The notes under the pieces were generated by a model. It worked only from the letters and a program-made list of their open reading frames with translations, was not told where the DNA came from and did no database searches. Source: Octopus sinensis (Eukaryota). Taken from it: 64,000 bases of DNA. The stretch is from positions 54,684,001 through 54,748,000 of the forward strand of contig NC_042999.1 in assembly GCF_006345805.1 (NCBI RefSeq). Direction: 5' to 3'. Positions 1-12,303 of this stretch are shown one piece after another. Made by a program: the position numbers and the translations under genes. Every line of letters starts with the position of its first letter. Positions within the stretch are counted from its first letter, which is position 1.

Positions 1-224
1 ATTAATGTTTACGAAGATAAAATATAATGTATAAAAGTGTATATATATTTCCAGTTAGTCAGTGTCTGTGTTTGAATGAGTGTGTGTGTGTGTGAATATG
101 TGCGCGTTTAAGTGTTGTTATGTACGGAGCCGATATTAAAATTGTGAACGTCCCCTGTTACCGTGTGTGTATGTATATAAAGGTGTGCTTGTATCTACGT
201 ATATGTGTGCATATGTATATAAAT

Positions 225-423
225 ATATTTCTTTACTACCTACAAGGGGCTAAACTTAGAGGGGACAAACAAGGACTGACAAACTGATTAAGTCGATTAC
301 ATCGACCTCAGTACGTAACTGGTACTTAATTCATCGACCCCGAAAGGATGAAAGGCAAAGTCGACCTCGGCGGAATTTGAACCCAGAACGTAACGGCAGC
401 TTGAACCCAGAACGTAACGGCAG
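225..423 (-). mobile_element. tRNA-derived SINE, family B (Meta-domain-like), 5'-truncated
   Basis: Reverse complement of the core GTCGACTTTGCCTTTCATCCTTTCGGGGTCGAT seen in many copies in this window; internal tandem duplication of TTGAACCCAGAACGTAACGGCAG. Confidence 0.85.
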
Positions 424-1559
424 TGTACTTGTGTGTATGTGTGTGTGTGAGCATGGATATAAAACTGCGCTTGCACGTACGCCCGTATGTATAGATACGT
501 GTATCCGTGTGTCCGTTTATCTGTGTGCATATAGCTATCATCGTCCGCTTTCGTGTGTGTATGTGTGTGTGTGTACGTCTGGCTATAAATATATACTTGT
601 ATGTGCGTCTGTCAGTGTGTGTGTGTGTATATGTGCGCAATTATAAATATACGCTTGTCTGTACTGCTGTGTATATATGTGTATAAGTGCGCACACGCGT
701 GTGTGTGTCAATATAAATGTGTGCTTGTATGAACGTATGTGTGTGTGTGTGTTAATATCCGTCTGTGTAAACGAGGCTGAACCATCTATTAGTACCACAT
801 GTGAAGCCAGTCCTCTCCGTCACCACCACCATCGTGTCTTGTGCTGGGCTGGAAGTGAAGAAGCACAACAGTTTGTCGTCGTCGTTGTCGTCGTCATTGA
901 CTAAGTTCGGCGGATTAGCTCTGTCACACACCGGCCCCCGACTAAGCAGTGAAAAAAAAAAACAAAAAAAAAGAACAGAAACACCTCCTTCCTTTACATT
1001 ACTAACTAAGTACGACTTCACTATCAAACCACCACATTAGTAGTTGATCTTACCAGTGCAATATTTATAATATTTATACACACACACACAAGCACATACA
1101 CACACGCGCGCGAGGAGGACGTTTGGCATTCGAACTGAACACAAACTTTTACACCGCCTTCGAAGTTTGATGGGACAAAAACGGTGATAAACAAAAGGTA
1201 AAGCGAAAGTTTTTTAATAAACTTTCTTTACTTCGGGGAAGAAAAAAAAAGAGGAGTTAAAACAAAATAGGAAATGCCTTAAATATTAGATATTTAAATT
1301 TAAAAAAAAAAGACATATATATATTTACAATTCACTCACGTGTCCACATTGGACGAGTGTAAAGACTGGTTTTGTCTTATCAGTAGCGGAGGAGTACTAC
1401 AGCCATCGTTGTTTTATCATCATCATCATCATCGGAGTATTGTAGTTAATCTTTTTTTTTTTTTTACCTTGAAACAAACAAAAGAAGAACAGGAGAACGA
1501 AGAGATTGTTTTTTATATTTTGTTTTTAAGGTTACCCTGTCCCCCACCTTCGCCAGAGA

Positions 1560-1925
1560 ACATCAGAGAAAAGAAACAAAAGAAAGAGAGAGAGAGAAAG
1601 TAGTGAATGCCTTGGAGAAAGAAGGAGAGATAGCAGAGGTGAGAGAAAGAGGGGGAGAAGAAACTTTTAATGAAGCAGAGAGAGAGAAAAGAGAGAGAGA
1701 GACTGTAAGAGTGTGGCAGAAGGAAACCTGGGCCTGTGTGTTCTCTCTGTGTGTGAGAGAGAGAGTGTACTGTGAGCTATCAGCCGTGTGCTCTACTGCT
1801 TGTGTGGTTGTGTATATAAATATATATATATCTATATAATGTGTGTGTATTTTTGTAATTGTATCTGTAAGTTTGTGTATGTGTGAGCCCGGTTGTGCCG
1901 TATGTCGTGAGCTGGGCTGCTCTGG
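1560..1925 (+). promoter_or_regulatory. GA-rich putative promoter/5'UTR upstream of the first coding exon
   Basis: Dense GAGA tracts and non-transposon sequence directly upstream of the ATG at 1926; the function is inferred from position only. Confidence 0.35.
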
Positions 1926-2083
1926 ATGCGCAAACAAGGCGGCGGACTGGCGTTTACCTGCCGTCAATATATACTCACCAAAATGGTTCTACTATGGTCG
2001 ATAATTTACCTTTTCCTCGGAGTACATGCACAACAAGTCCAACGTTCTACGCAAATACGGGATACCCATTTGGCGGCCGGCAT
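1926..2083 (+). CDS. Probable first coding exon of a secreted or membrane protein (signal peptide)
   Basis: In-frame ATGs at 1926 and 1983 give MRKQGGGLAFTCRQYILTKMVLLWSIIYLFLGVHA-QQVQRSTQIRDTHLAAG; hydrophobic core plus V-H-A signal-peptidase motif; consensus donor GTAAGT at 2084 (phase 2). Confidence 0.65.
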
Positions 2084-3547
2084 GTAAGTCTTCTTTTCGT
2101 TGTTCTTTCATTTATAAAAATTTATTTACTTTATATATGCATATGTACAGGCTACGGTAACAAAAACTAAATTTTAAAAAACTTCCACTTTCACCAGTCG
2201 TTGTAACATTTTGAACAGCAAACACACACTATGCACGAGTCCAGACAATAATGGTAACTGAAATAAAAAAAAACCCAAAAAAACAGTAAAATATAGGCTA
2301 TATGTGCATACCATTATCACCTGCCTAACCTTAATAGTACCATCACAATGACTATGTAAAATATGGAAGCTTTTTCTGCCGCATTGTAGATATATACATA
2401 GTGTGTGTGTGTTTATACCTGACCATGCTTAGTTTACAGGGCCACTTCTGTATTTTCTATTACACACACACAAAACCTCGATCTCTCTCTACCCTCTGCA
2501 TAAGCTTATGTTTCGGTCAGTTTTGGCCTAGACTTCACTTAATAGAACATACGTGTGTGTGCGCGCGTGTGTTCGTGCTTGCTTACATGTATGCACACTT
2601 CTAGGCACACACACACACACACACACACACATGCAATTAATATATTAATGACTGCATTACATCTCAACACTCGCTTTCTCTCTACACACCCATTCATATA
2701 TATAAATATATATATATCGTAGGCTGCGAGGTGGTCACAATGCTTGCTTTATATTATGTATTGTAGCGATAAAACTATTACGCTGTCGTAGTCGTCGTCT
2801 TATTTTTGATAAACTTTGAATTTCTTGCCGGGAATCTTTATGTAAATGTCAACACTTGTTGATGGAACACAGAACCAGGAACTGTTGGAATTGTTTACAT
2901 CAAACTTCCATAGAGCAGCACCACCACTCCATCCCACCACACACACACACACACTCGAGCATATAATATATATTTATAAAACAGTAACCACTGGGTCTTT
3001 GTTGTCTTTCTCAAACTTACAGGGTCATTTCAGTTGAGTATTTTTACGTGTTATGACATCGAGTGCATCATCACTGCTACTATGCATGTTTGGTGCTTAT
3101 CTCTGTTCACTGCTGGATTATTGTCAAATTCCTTCATATTTTTCGGAATGTATTGAACATTTTTTTTTTTTTTGCATATTCGTAATCTCTGACATCTAAA
3201 ACATAGGAACACGAAAAAATTTTTTCTTTTTTAAATGCATCTTTCAAGGAAAGGTGTGAAACTGCATCAGCCCCACATTAATTTAGCAGTATTCGTTCAG
3301 TTTATATATTGTTGTTGGCCTGCGTGTATATATTTAAAGCTATGGTAAATGCTATGCGAGGTGATGTGGGAAGGAAATTGTGTTTATGTATTCGGTGAAC
3401 TGGTTCGCTTCACGTTCTCACCGTCGCAGGTTCGATCACACGAACCGACGTCACGCATAGCTTCGGGTGGAGCAAAACCCTTCTTAGTGGACATAAGTTG
3501 AGGGCAGTCTATGTAGAAGTTTGTCAGGGTGAACTGCTACCCGAATC

Positions 3548-4112
3548 AAAAAACGTTAGCACGCCGGGCGAAATGCTTAGCGGTATTTCGTCTGCCGTTA
3601 CGTTCCGAGTTCAAATTCCGCCAAGGTCGACTTTGCCTTTCAACCTTTCGGGGTCGATTAAATAAGTACCAGTTTACGCACTGGGGTTGATATAATCGAC
3701 TTAATCCATTTGTTTGTCCTTGTTTGTCCTCTCTGTGTTTAGCCCCTTGTGGATAGTAAAGAAATAGGTATTTCGTCTGCCGTTACGTTCTGAGCTCAAA
3801 TTCCACCGAGGTCGACTTTGCCATTCATCCTTTCGGGGTCGATTAAATAAGTACCAGTTACACACTGAGGTGGATGTAATCGACTTAATCCGTTTGTCTT
3901 TTCTTGTTTGTCCCCTCTATGTTTAGCCCCTTGTGGGTAGTAAAGAAATAGATATTTCGTCTGTCTTTATGTTCTGAGTTCAAATTCTGCTGAGGTCGAC
4001 TTTGCCTTTCATCCTTTCGGGGTCGATAAATGAAGTACCAGTTGCGTACTGGGATCGAACTAATCGACTGGCCCTCTACCCAGAAATTTCGGCCGGTGTG
4101 CCTAGAGTAGAA
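3548..4112 (+). mobile_element. Family B SINE, head-to-tail trimer
   Basis: Three consecutive units of TATTTCGTCTG..GAGTTCAAATTCC (B box)..GTCGACTTTGCCTTTCATCC. Confidence 0.9.
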
Positions 4113-4977
4113 AAAATTACCAACCCCAGTCAAATGCCGACTTTACAGCAATATAGGATATCCTTCCACGTGCAGGGCAATACACCGGAGCCCCTACGTT
4201 CCCAACCACAGCATACATAGATTAGTATTTTGCCCCCTAGTCCATTGAGGGTCTCGGCCCATGCTCAGGTTGTATGTCCAGGTCTTCAGACGTCACAACC
4301 GACCGTGTCAGGCTGATTCAGGCTGAGCTTTTAAAAGTTCGTTTGGTGTGGGTTAACACTGAAACAATCATTAATCAAGGGTTTTCCGGGTGAGACCATC
4401 CACCCTTTATTTGACATTTATTGGTTTGTATCTAGAATGCATTGTCTAGAATGCATAGCCTAGAATGCATAGCCTTCATTATTATATATCATTAGAATAT
4501 GCACGATTTCATTGAGTTTAGCTGCTATTTCTTACAAGTTGGGCGACCGGGTAGTGTCCTTCTCGTTAGAAACACGTTGCCTGCGGAATACTCAACCACC
4601 CACACATCTCATACAACACGATGTTGTATTCCATTCTAACCTGCAGTCTACTTGCAATTCTGTGCCCCGCTTAGGTAATCACAGGTATACATCATGTTGA
4701 AACCAGCACGACACAGCGTGTGTCCCAGACTCCCCTCCCTATCTTCTCGCTCTGTCAGAATGGTTCAAGTTAAGACTTTTACCTCATAGCTTCCAACCAG
4801 GGTCCATGCCACCTTGCCACCCACCCTTGGCGGGCGAGTCCATTGTTATAGAAGTTCATAAACATTAAATTGCTTATGTTTCTACAATGCACAAAATATT
4901 TTCTCAATTTCTTAAAATACAATTCTTAATAGTATTTAATTATAAAAAATAGGGGTTCTTTAACATACAATGGCTCT

Positions 4978-5330
4978 CTTTTTTTCTTTTTCTCTTTTTT
5001 TACTTGTTTCAGTCATTTGACTGCGGCCATGCTGGGGCACCGCCTTTAATCGAGCAACTCGACCCCGGGACTTATTCTTTGTAAGCCCAGTACTTATTCT
5101 ATCGGTCTCTTTTGCCGAACCGCTAAGTGACGGGGACATAAACACACCAGCATCGGTTGTCAAGCAATGCTAGGGGGACAAACACAGACACACAAACATA
5201 CACGCACATACATATATACATACATATATACGACGGGCTTCTTTCAGTTTCCGGCTACCAAATCCACTCACAAGTCTTTGGTCGGCTCGAGGCTATAATA
5301 GAAGACACTTGCCCAAGGTGCCACGCTGTG
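4978..5330 (-). mobile_element. tRNA-derived SINE, family A (CORE-like)
   Basis: Reverse complement of the family A body, including CCTTGGGCAAGTGTCTT and the tail ATGACTGAAACAAGTAAAA; head missing. Confidence 0.9.
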
Positions 5331-6004
5331 GAGGTCCAGCGGAGTAAAATGGGAATCAAAATGGTTCGTGAGCAAAAACGGGTTGAAAACCACTGCTTGA
5401 GCCCTTCTTTCTTTAGCATTTAAACCGGCAAATCCAACCAAAATATTTTGTTTAATGTGCATACCCGGACTTATTTAATGTTCATTACATTTGGCAGAGC
5501 ATTCTGAATGCTAAAGGGTTTTAAACCAGCCTTGTCTGACCCAAGTATTCTGCTTGCTTTATGTTCCCAAGTCGGCCTCATCAGGCCTCTCATACCTCCC
5601 GCACAATGTCACCTTAAAACTAAACTATCGGATTATCGAAAATCTCAAAGCTACAAGCTAAGCCATATTTATCTCGAATCAATGTGAACAGATAAGCATT
5701 AGATTCGACACAGTAATCTGAACGCTAAAGGGTTACCTATTCGGTGGGGTTTGGGAATAGCTGTCCCTCCAAATCTCATGGGAAAGGAAAGGGATGGTTT
5801 TATTGTTTTCTTTTTTATTTCTTTAGTTTTCCTGTTTCTTACAACAGAAATTACAAAAGGCTGAAAAAATACTTTTTCACAAAATTTTACTTTTATTTTT
5901 ATTTTATTCTTTTTCCTTCCACTTCCGTATTCTTTCCGTTCGCACGATGTATGGGACCTCGAAGGACAACTATTCCTGTCTAATTTTCTTTGAAATACTC
6001 AGTT

Positions 6005-6222
6005 ACTTAGGGAAAGCGAAGTGGCCAAGTAGTTAGGGTGTTCTACTCGTGATCGCCAGATCGTGGGTTCAATTCCCAAGCCGAGCGGTACGTTGTGTTC
6101 CTGAGCAAAACACTATTTCACCTTGTTCCACTCCACTCAGCTGTAAATAAGCACCCCTACAATGGACTTATCCAGGGGGAATGTAATGATCTCGGTTACC
6201 TATACGCCATGGAAACTGAATA
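6005..6222 (+). mobile_element. tRNA-derived SINE, family C (V-domain-like)
   Basis: A box GTGGCCAAGTAG, B box GGTTCAATTCC, then GTGTTCCTGAGCAAAACAC. Confidence 0.75.
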
Positions 6223-6329
6223 ACTGGCTCAGGGCTATAATTCGGTTGTATACAATGTTTATTGATGGATGGCTATCGGAGACGGCGTCTTTCCAAGGAA
6301 GGCCACCTCAAATAACTGACATGAAGTCA

Positions 6330-6600
6330 CTTACAAGCACGTCCAAGTTTCGCATTCACACACACGTTGTCTCCTCTCTCTGCCTTTTCTACCGCTACTA
6401 CGTTGGGCGCTATTCGTCCGAAGCTGCACGTTCTCTTATCCTCACCACTTACGCATTCACCCGTTCGTTCCTATTCCCGTCACTCATTGCGTTCACCGTC
6501 ACCCCACCATCCGACAGGTACCTACTCACCACTACATCCAGTCCTTCTTCCCCAGAACCTCCACCTAATGGAATTCCATCCCTACGTCCCGTTTTCCAAA
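6330..6600 (+). mobile_element. Decayed LINE (CR1/Jockey-group) ORF2 C-terminal fragment
   Basis: Frames give VSSLCLFYRYY..SSE and HYIQSFFPRTST*WNSIP, matching the SFFPRT..WN.LP motif at LINE ORF2 ends; stop and frameshift present. Confidence 0.7.
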
Positions 6601-6807
6601 GCGCACGATGTTCCAATTCTAACGGTGGTAAGAACTTCGGCGGAGGTAAAGAATACGTACACCACCCGTTTTCGGGGTAACAAAAACCCTAACCCTAAAA
6701 CCTAACCCTAAACCCCGGGTGTATGTATTCTTTTCTTTCGCTAGCACTTCCTCATTCTATCACTGTCTCTCGCGCCTCTCTGCATCTGTATTTACAAGAG
6801 GATTCAC

Positions 6808-6880
6808 AGTGACTTCGAATATTCAATCTAATCGCCTTCGTCGGACAGTCCGAAGAAGTATGCTGGAACTTCGAAGTCAC
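6808..6880. repeat. Inverted pair of degenerate hammerhead-like motifs (ACTTCGAAGT family)
   Basis: GTGACTTCGAA..CTTCGTCGGAC-A-GTCCGAAGAAG..GAACTTCGAAGTCAC. Confidence 0.45.
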
Positions 6881-6994
6881 TTTTACTACCTCTTCTTGCT
6901 AACGGTTAATTGTATTCGCAACAAAATGGTATTGAGTTGTTCAGTTTAATATTAGATTATTTTTACTATAACTCCGCATAAAAATACAAACATA

Positions 6995-7435
6995 GGCGCA
7001 GGAGTGGCTGTGTGGTAGGTAGCTTACTTCCTAACCACATGGTTCCGGGTTCAGTCCCACTGCGTGGCACTTTGGGCAAGTGTCTTCTACTATAGCCTCG
7101 GGCCGACCAAAGTCTTGTGAATGCATTTGGTAGACGGAAACTGAAAGAAGACCGTCGTATATATGTATATGTATGTATGTATGTATTTGTTGTCTGTGTT
7201 TGTCTTCCTACCATCGCTTGACAACCGATGTTGGTGTGTTTACGTCCCTGTCACTATCGCTTGACAATCGACGTTGGTGTGTTAAAGCTTCCGTAACTTA
7301 GCGGTTCGGTAAAAGAGACCGATAGAATAAGTACAAGGCTCACAAAGAATAAGTCCTGGGGGTCTATTTATTCGACTACAGGTGGTGCTCCTGCAAGGCC
7401 GCAGTCAAATGACTAAACTGAAACAAGTAAGAGTA
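6995..7435 (+). mobile_element. Family A SINE, full length
   Basis: Head GGCGCAGGAGTGGCTGTGTGG (A box), GGTTCAGTCCC (B box), internal (TATG)n, conserved tail; internal duplication 7213-7283. Confidence 0.92.
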
Positions 7436-7900
7436 TACGCACATGATACACGCATGCGCGCACGCACATTGCAAACATTCCATATACAAATGCCTTCGTA
7501 AATAGTTTTCGGTTGATGCATCTTTTGTGCATTTGTATACAATGCACGTTTTGTGCACGAGGAGTATATAATGCACCTTTTGTGTATGCTTTCAGAACTT
7601 GATTGTTGCTAAGTGAGAGATAGGGGAAGGGGCAGCGAGAATGTCCTGGCATGCTTCGATGTTGTTTAGTGTTTGTTGGTGTCAGCTACGGTCAAACAAA
7701 TTTATCAGTTACAGTCCATCCGCGAACATCCCGTCACTCTCCATGATACAACGCCCTAGGGCCACCTTATGTTCTTCTTTTCTAAGATTTCAAGGAAATT
7801 TACCTACTATTTCTAGCAGTCGCATTCACGCATTGAGTACCTCTCTCTCTCTCTCTCCTCTCTTTCCTCTCTCTCTCTCTCTCCCTCTCTCTCTCTCTCT

Positions 7901-7952
<52 letters not shown>

Positions 7953-8117
7953 ATATATCCTCGTTTGTTTGTTTCACATTCTTGTTTACAGAAAGTTGTT
8001 ATTGCTGATTTATGCGCACCTCGTTATTTTTAGGACACACAAATGCCCGTACACACGCGCGCACACTCACACACACACACTCTCTCTCTTTCTCCCGTAT
8101 CTATCTATCTGTCTATA

Positions 8118-8148
<31 letters not shown>

Positions 8149-8238
8149 ATATATTATATATATAATGAATCTGAGCGAGATAAGGGTTAGCCACAATTAG
8201 GTGGGGAAAATATACTTCACGATTATATATATATCTAA

Positions 8239-8650
8239 TCGCAGGAGAGGCTGTGTGGTAAGTAGCTTGCTTGCCAACCACATGGTTCCGGGTTCAGTCC
8301 CACTGCGTGGCATCTTGGGCAAGTGTCTTCTGCTATAGCCTCGGGCCGACCAATGCCTTGTGAGTGGATTTGGTAGACGGAAACTGAAAGAAGCCTGTCG
8401 TATATATATATGTATGTATGTGAGTGTATGTTTGTGTGTCTGTGTTTGTCCCCCTAGCATTGCTTGACAACCGATGCTGGTGTGTTTACGTCCCCGTCAC
8501 TTAGCGGTTCGGCAAAAAGAGACCGATAGAATAAGTACTGGGCTTACAAAGAATAAGTCCCGGGGTCAATTTGCTCGACTAAAGGCGGTGCTCCAGTATG
8601 GCCGCAGTCAAATGACTGAAACAAGTAAAAGTGTAAAAAGAGTAAAGAGT
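8239..8650 (+). mobile_element. Family A SINE, full length
   Basis: Same architecture as 6995-7435. Confidence 0.92.
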
Positions 8651-8768
8651 ATATGTATGTATGTATGTATGTATATATATATATATACACATCTAATATA
8701 GGATAAAATTTTTCGAAAAAAAATTTATTAATGCCCAGCATATTAAAAAAATACCTTTAAAGGTTAAA

Positions 8769-8856
8769 TTTATAAACAAGGGCAAAAGAAAGAAATTCTA
8801 ATGCGAATAGCATGAAATGGCATTAGAATTTTCTTTTCTTTCGCCCTTGTTTATAA
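8769..8856. repeat. Short inverted repeat (~35 bp arms)
   Basis: TTATAAACAAGGGCAAAAGAAAGAAATTCTAATGC pairs with GCATTAGAATTTTCTTTTCTTTCGCCCTTGTTTATAA. Confidence 0.8.
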
Positions 8857-9330
8857 GTTGTGTATATATATATACTCTAATCCATGTATGTTGTATACAT
8901 GTCTATCCACCTCTCTCTTTCTCTGCACACATACACACCTGGCGGCCAAAAGACAGACTCATTAGAACGTAGGATAGATAGCTTTACAATCGATCGTTCC
9001 CGGTTCTCCTTTCTGAGCTCAAATCTCAACGCTGTCAACTTTGACTTTCATCGTTTCGGGGTCGATAAATAAAGTATCAATCGTGGATCATTTCTTTCTG
9101 TTTCTTTTCTTTCCTTCTGGATAAAAATCGATTGTGATCAGACCTGCAGAAAACACTGGGCTCCGCTAGGTTCAAAAAAGGCCCAATACCTACAGCATGT
9201 CACGACGGCATTCCATACGGCTCCTGTAGGGGTTTTAGGGGGCATGGAGCGTGTGTGGGCCGTTACTCTCTTCTGGAAGTCCTTACATGTTATGAAAATA
9301 TGGAGCTTCTTAAGACTGTAATAAATAATG

Positions 9331-9494
9331 TCGCAGGAGTGGCTGTGTGGTAAGAAGTTTGCTTACCAACCACATGGTTCCGGGTTCAGTCCTACTGCGT
9401 GGAACCTTAGATAAGTGTCTTCTACTGTAGCCTCGGGTCAACCAGAGCCTTGTGAGTGGATTTGGTAGACGGAAACTGAAAGAAGCCCGTTGTA

Positions 9495-9552
<58 letters not shown>

Positions 9553-9805
9553 TACACAACGGCTTCTTTCAGTTTCCGTCTACCAAATACACTCACAAGG
9601 CTTTGTGTGTGTGGGTGTTTGTCCCCCACCATCGCTTGACAACCGATACTGGTGGTTTTACGTCCCCGTAACTTTTATCGGTTCGGCAAAAGAGACCGAT
9701 AGAATAAATACTAGACTTACAAAGAAGTTCTCGGTTCGATCTGTTCGATTAAAGGCGGTGTTCCAGCATAGCCGCAGCCAAAATTACTGGAACAAATAAA
9801 AGGAA
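9331..9805 (+). mobile_element. Family A SINE with internal inverted duplication around (TA)n
   Basis: Segment 9448-9495 is repeated in reverse at about 9552-9601. Confidence 0.9.
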
Positions 9806-9911
9806 GAATCTCTTTAAAGAAGTTTAAATAACCGGTATTCAATGATCTTTTCTGTAAATATCTACTGCTTGTTGCAGTAGCAGTAGTAGCATTAGTAGTA
9901 GTAACACAGGA

Positions 9912-10322
9912 TATTTATTTCTTTATTGCCCACAGTGGGGCTAAACATAGAGGTGACAAACAAGGACAGACAAAGGGATTACGGCTATTAGATCAACCTC
10001 AATGCGCAACAGGTACTTAATTTATCGACACCGAAAGGCAAAGTCGACCTCGGCGGAATTTTAACTCAGAACGTAACGGCAGACGAAATACATATTTCTT
10101 TACTACCCACAAGGGGCTAAACACAGGGGAGACAAATAAGGACAGACAGACGGATTAAGTAGATTACATCGACCCCAGTGCGTAACTGGAACTTAATTTA
10201 TCGACCCCGAAAGGATGAAAGGCAAAGTCGACCTCGGCGGAATTTGAACTCAGAACGTAATGGTAGACGAAATACGGCTACGCATTTCGCCCGGCGTGCT
10301 AACATTTCTTCCAGCTTGCAGC
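9912..10322 (-). mobile_element. Family B SINE dimer
   Basis: Two tandem units; flanked by imperfect direct repeats GTAGTAACACAG/GTAGTAACCCAG. Confidence 0.88.
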
Positions 10323-10621
10323 CCTTGTAGTAACCCAGTATTGTCGTACGTTCTTTGCTTATTTTAATAGCGGTTTTAAGCCGGAGGAAGGTGTTGCGCC
10401 CATCACCTTCGCCGATCCTTCCACATATTAATACAGTTGATATCCTTCTTCAGTCGTTTTAGGGTAAACGATGGTGGGAGGTTTCCAGTGGATCAATAGT
10501 CGGAGGGAGGAAGGATTGGGTATATAAGGAACTGCACCGGAGCAGAGGTAGAGTGACGTGGATGGGCGTGGGTGGATATATTATGCAATTAATTAGCTAA
10601 AAGAACAGAGTTCATTGCAGG

Positions 10622-10935
10622 ATTGAAGGCCAACAATTTTGACGGGGATGGGACAGGTCGACGTGATTATGACTGGTACTTTATTTATCGATTCCGAAAA
10701 GATGAAAGCAACGAGGACTTCGTCGGGATTTGAACTTAAAACGTAAAGAGCCAACAGAAATACCCTTTTCTACTCTAGGCACAAAGCCCGAAATTTTGCG
10801 GGGTGGGGGGCCAGTCGATTAGCTCGACCCCGGTACGCAACTAGTACTTAATTTATTGAAAGGCGAAGTCGACCTCGGCGGAATTTCAACTCAGAACGTA
10901 AAATATCATCAAGCATTTTATCCGACGCGCTAACC
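10622..10935 (-). mobile_element. Family B SINE, older diverged dimer
   Basis: GTCGACCTCGGCGGAATTTCAACTCAGAACG and related motifs. Confidence 0.7.
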
Positions 10936-11394
10936 TGTTGTAATTAAAGAAATAGTGAGGAAGCAGCGTGTTTGAGGATTAAGTGACTGCCTCGTGGCCA
11001 TTCGGTCGAATGACCCTCTTTTAGATAGCGTCTAGGATGATGTTGTTGTGTGCAGTCGCAATAACAAAAGCAGCACCGCCCTAGATGTGTTACGAGCATG
11101 TTGAATCGTTTATTGTCGTCGCCTCACTGCGCCTCCTCCCGGAAGTATTGAAGCTGTTACTGAACGCTTGTCAATGTGTCATTTCTGTGTTTTTTAAACT
11201 AATTACACCTGAATATGAACATTTACTTGTCAAAACTTTCATGTCAAATCTAGAAGCGATGTCTGCTTCGTGAGCAGAGGCTGTGTGTTTGAGAGAGAGG
11301 AGGGACAGTTGGTTTTTGTTTGATCTATCTTATGTATGCTTGCACATTGATGTGTGCGTGTGTGTGAATATTTATCCAGTTATCTAGACAGATG

Positions 11395-11579
11395 TATACA
11401 CAAAAATACACAACAACGCGAGGACGTGGAACAAATATAGTATTATTGGGCGCTCAGGAAAGAAGGAGGGTTTAACGTTTCGAGCGGAGCTCTTCGTCGA
11501 AAACATAGGAGAAGGAAAGATCCAGAGAAGGGAAGACAGAGGAAAAAAATCGCCAACGGTACACACGCGGTCACATTTT

Positions 11580-11580
<1 letters not shown>
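11395..11580 (-). mobile_element. Penelope-type short repeat with degenerate hammerhead (GAGC-loop-GCTC family)
   Basis: Minus strand GTTT-TCGACGA-A-GAGC-TCC-GCTC-GAAA-CG-TT-AAAC at 11470-11504; homologous to 31400-31575. Confidence 0.6.
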
Positions 11581-11618
<38 letters not shown>

Positions 11619-11968
11619 GTTTGGCAGAAGTATCAGTGACTCAATGGCCAAGAGTTTCGTTCAGTAGCACTTTTCAAACAAGTTACAAATCAAGCAGTGA
11701 TAAATTTATGCACCAGTGATAATGGTATTTCCGTGGATAGTTCTGGAACAAATTCTAAAAACAATTTCAGTGTCACGTGGATAATTCGTATTTGTCAAGT
11801 AGTTTGCCCATTATGCCGTTCGGTAAATAAATAAGTCCATAAATAAACAAAATAGGAAAAATTGTCCATACTTACACACACATACACATAGATATCAGTG
11901 CCGGTAAATATAAATACAGTAGACAGACTGATGGATGGATGGATAAAGACAATTATGGTTGGTCTATA

Positions 11969-12027
11969 GGTTTACCCTGGGTTTCACGTCCATAAAGCGC
12001 TTAGCTTTACAACATTTCTTCAGACCC
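11969..12027 (-). ncRNA. Type I hammerhead ribozyme motif with long stem II
   Basis: GGGT-CTGAAGA-A-ATGTTGTAAAGC-TAAGC-GCTTTATGGACGT-GAAA-CCCAGGG-TA-AACC; intact core, GUA cleavage triplet, one mismatch in stem I. Confidence 0.65.
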
Positions 12028-12137
12028 TAACCCCGTTGGCTTATGACCTCTCCAGAGAGGCCACTAGCTAGAAAGGCTGTAAAGCTTTAGCGCTTTACAG
12101 CATTTCTTCAGTCCTCAAGCCTGTTTAGAGTCTAAAC

Positions 12138-12303
12138 CAGGGGCCCCACAAACTTTTTAGAACATTTGTCCCTTCATGGAATCCTTGACCCTTCATCGAC
12201 CCCCAAACATCCAAGAAAATAAATAAGTAGAAGTGCATTTATCGACCCTTTGACTTGTCCCATCAACCCCCAGGGTCGATATCGACCTCTTTGAAGACGC
12301 CTG
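12138..12303. mobile_element. hAT (Charlie-like) MITE
   Basis: Termini CAGGGG...CGCCTG; perfect 8-bp TSD GTCTAAAC at 12130-12137 and 12304-12311. Confidence 0.85.

Noticed and set aside
121-145. Motif GTACGGAGCCGAT shared with ~20263
   Set aside because: Too short to assign; probably a repeat remnant or chance
1883-2170. Listed 95-aa ORF
   Set aside because: It has a GTG start and runs through the splice donor; the alternative frame from 1926 gives a better signal-peptide exon, though ATG 1994 in this frame cannot be fully excluded
3548-4112. CRISPR-like array
   Set aside because: Units are ~185-bp SINE copies without unique spacers; there are no cas genes and the DNA is eukaryotic
6162-6680. 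172-aa ORF as a host gene
   Set aside because: It is a chimera of a SINE tail and a frameshifted LINE remnant
6966-7214. Recurrent peptide SFRLPNPLTRLWSARGYSRRHLPKVPRSGTEPGTMW in many ORFs, resembling a gene family
   Set aside because: It is the antisense reading of family A SINEs; likewise MRNWYL..RKDERQSRPRRNLN comes from family B
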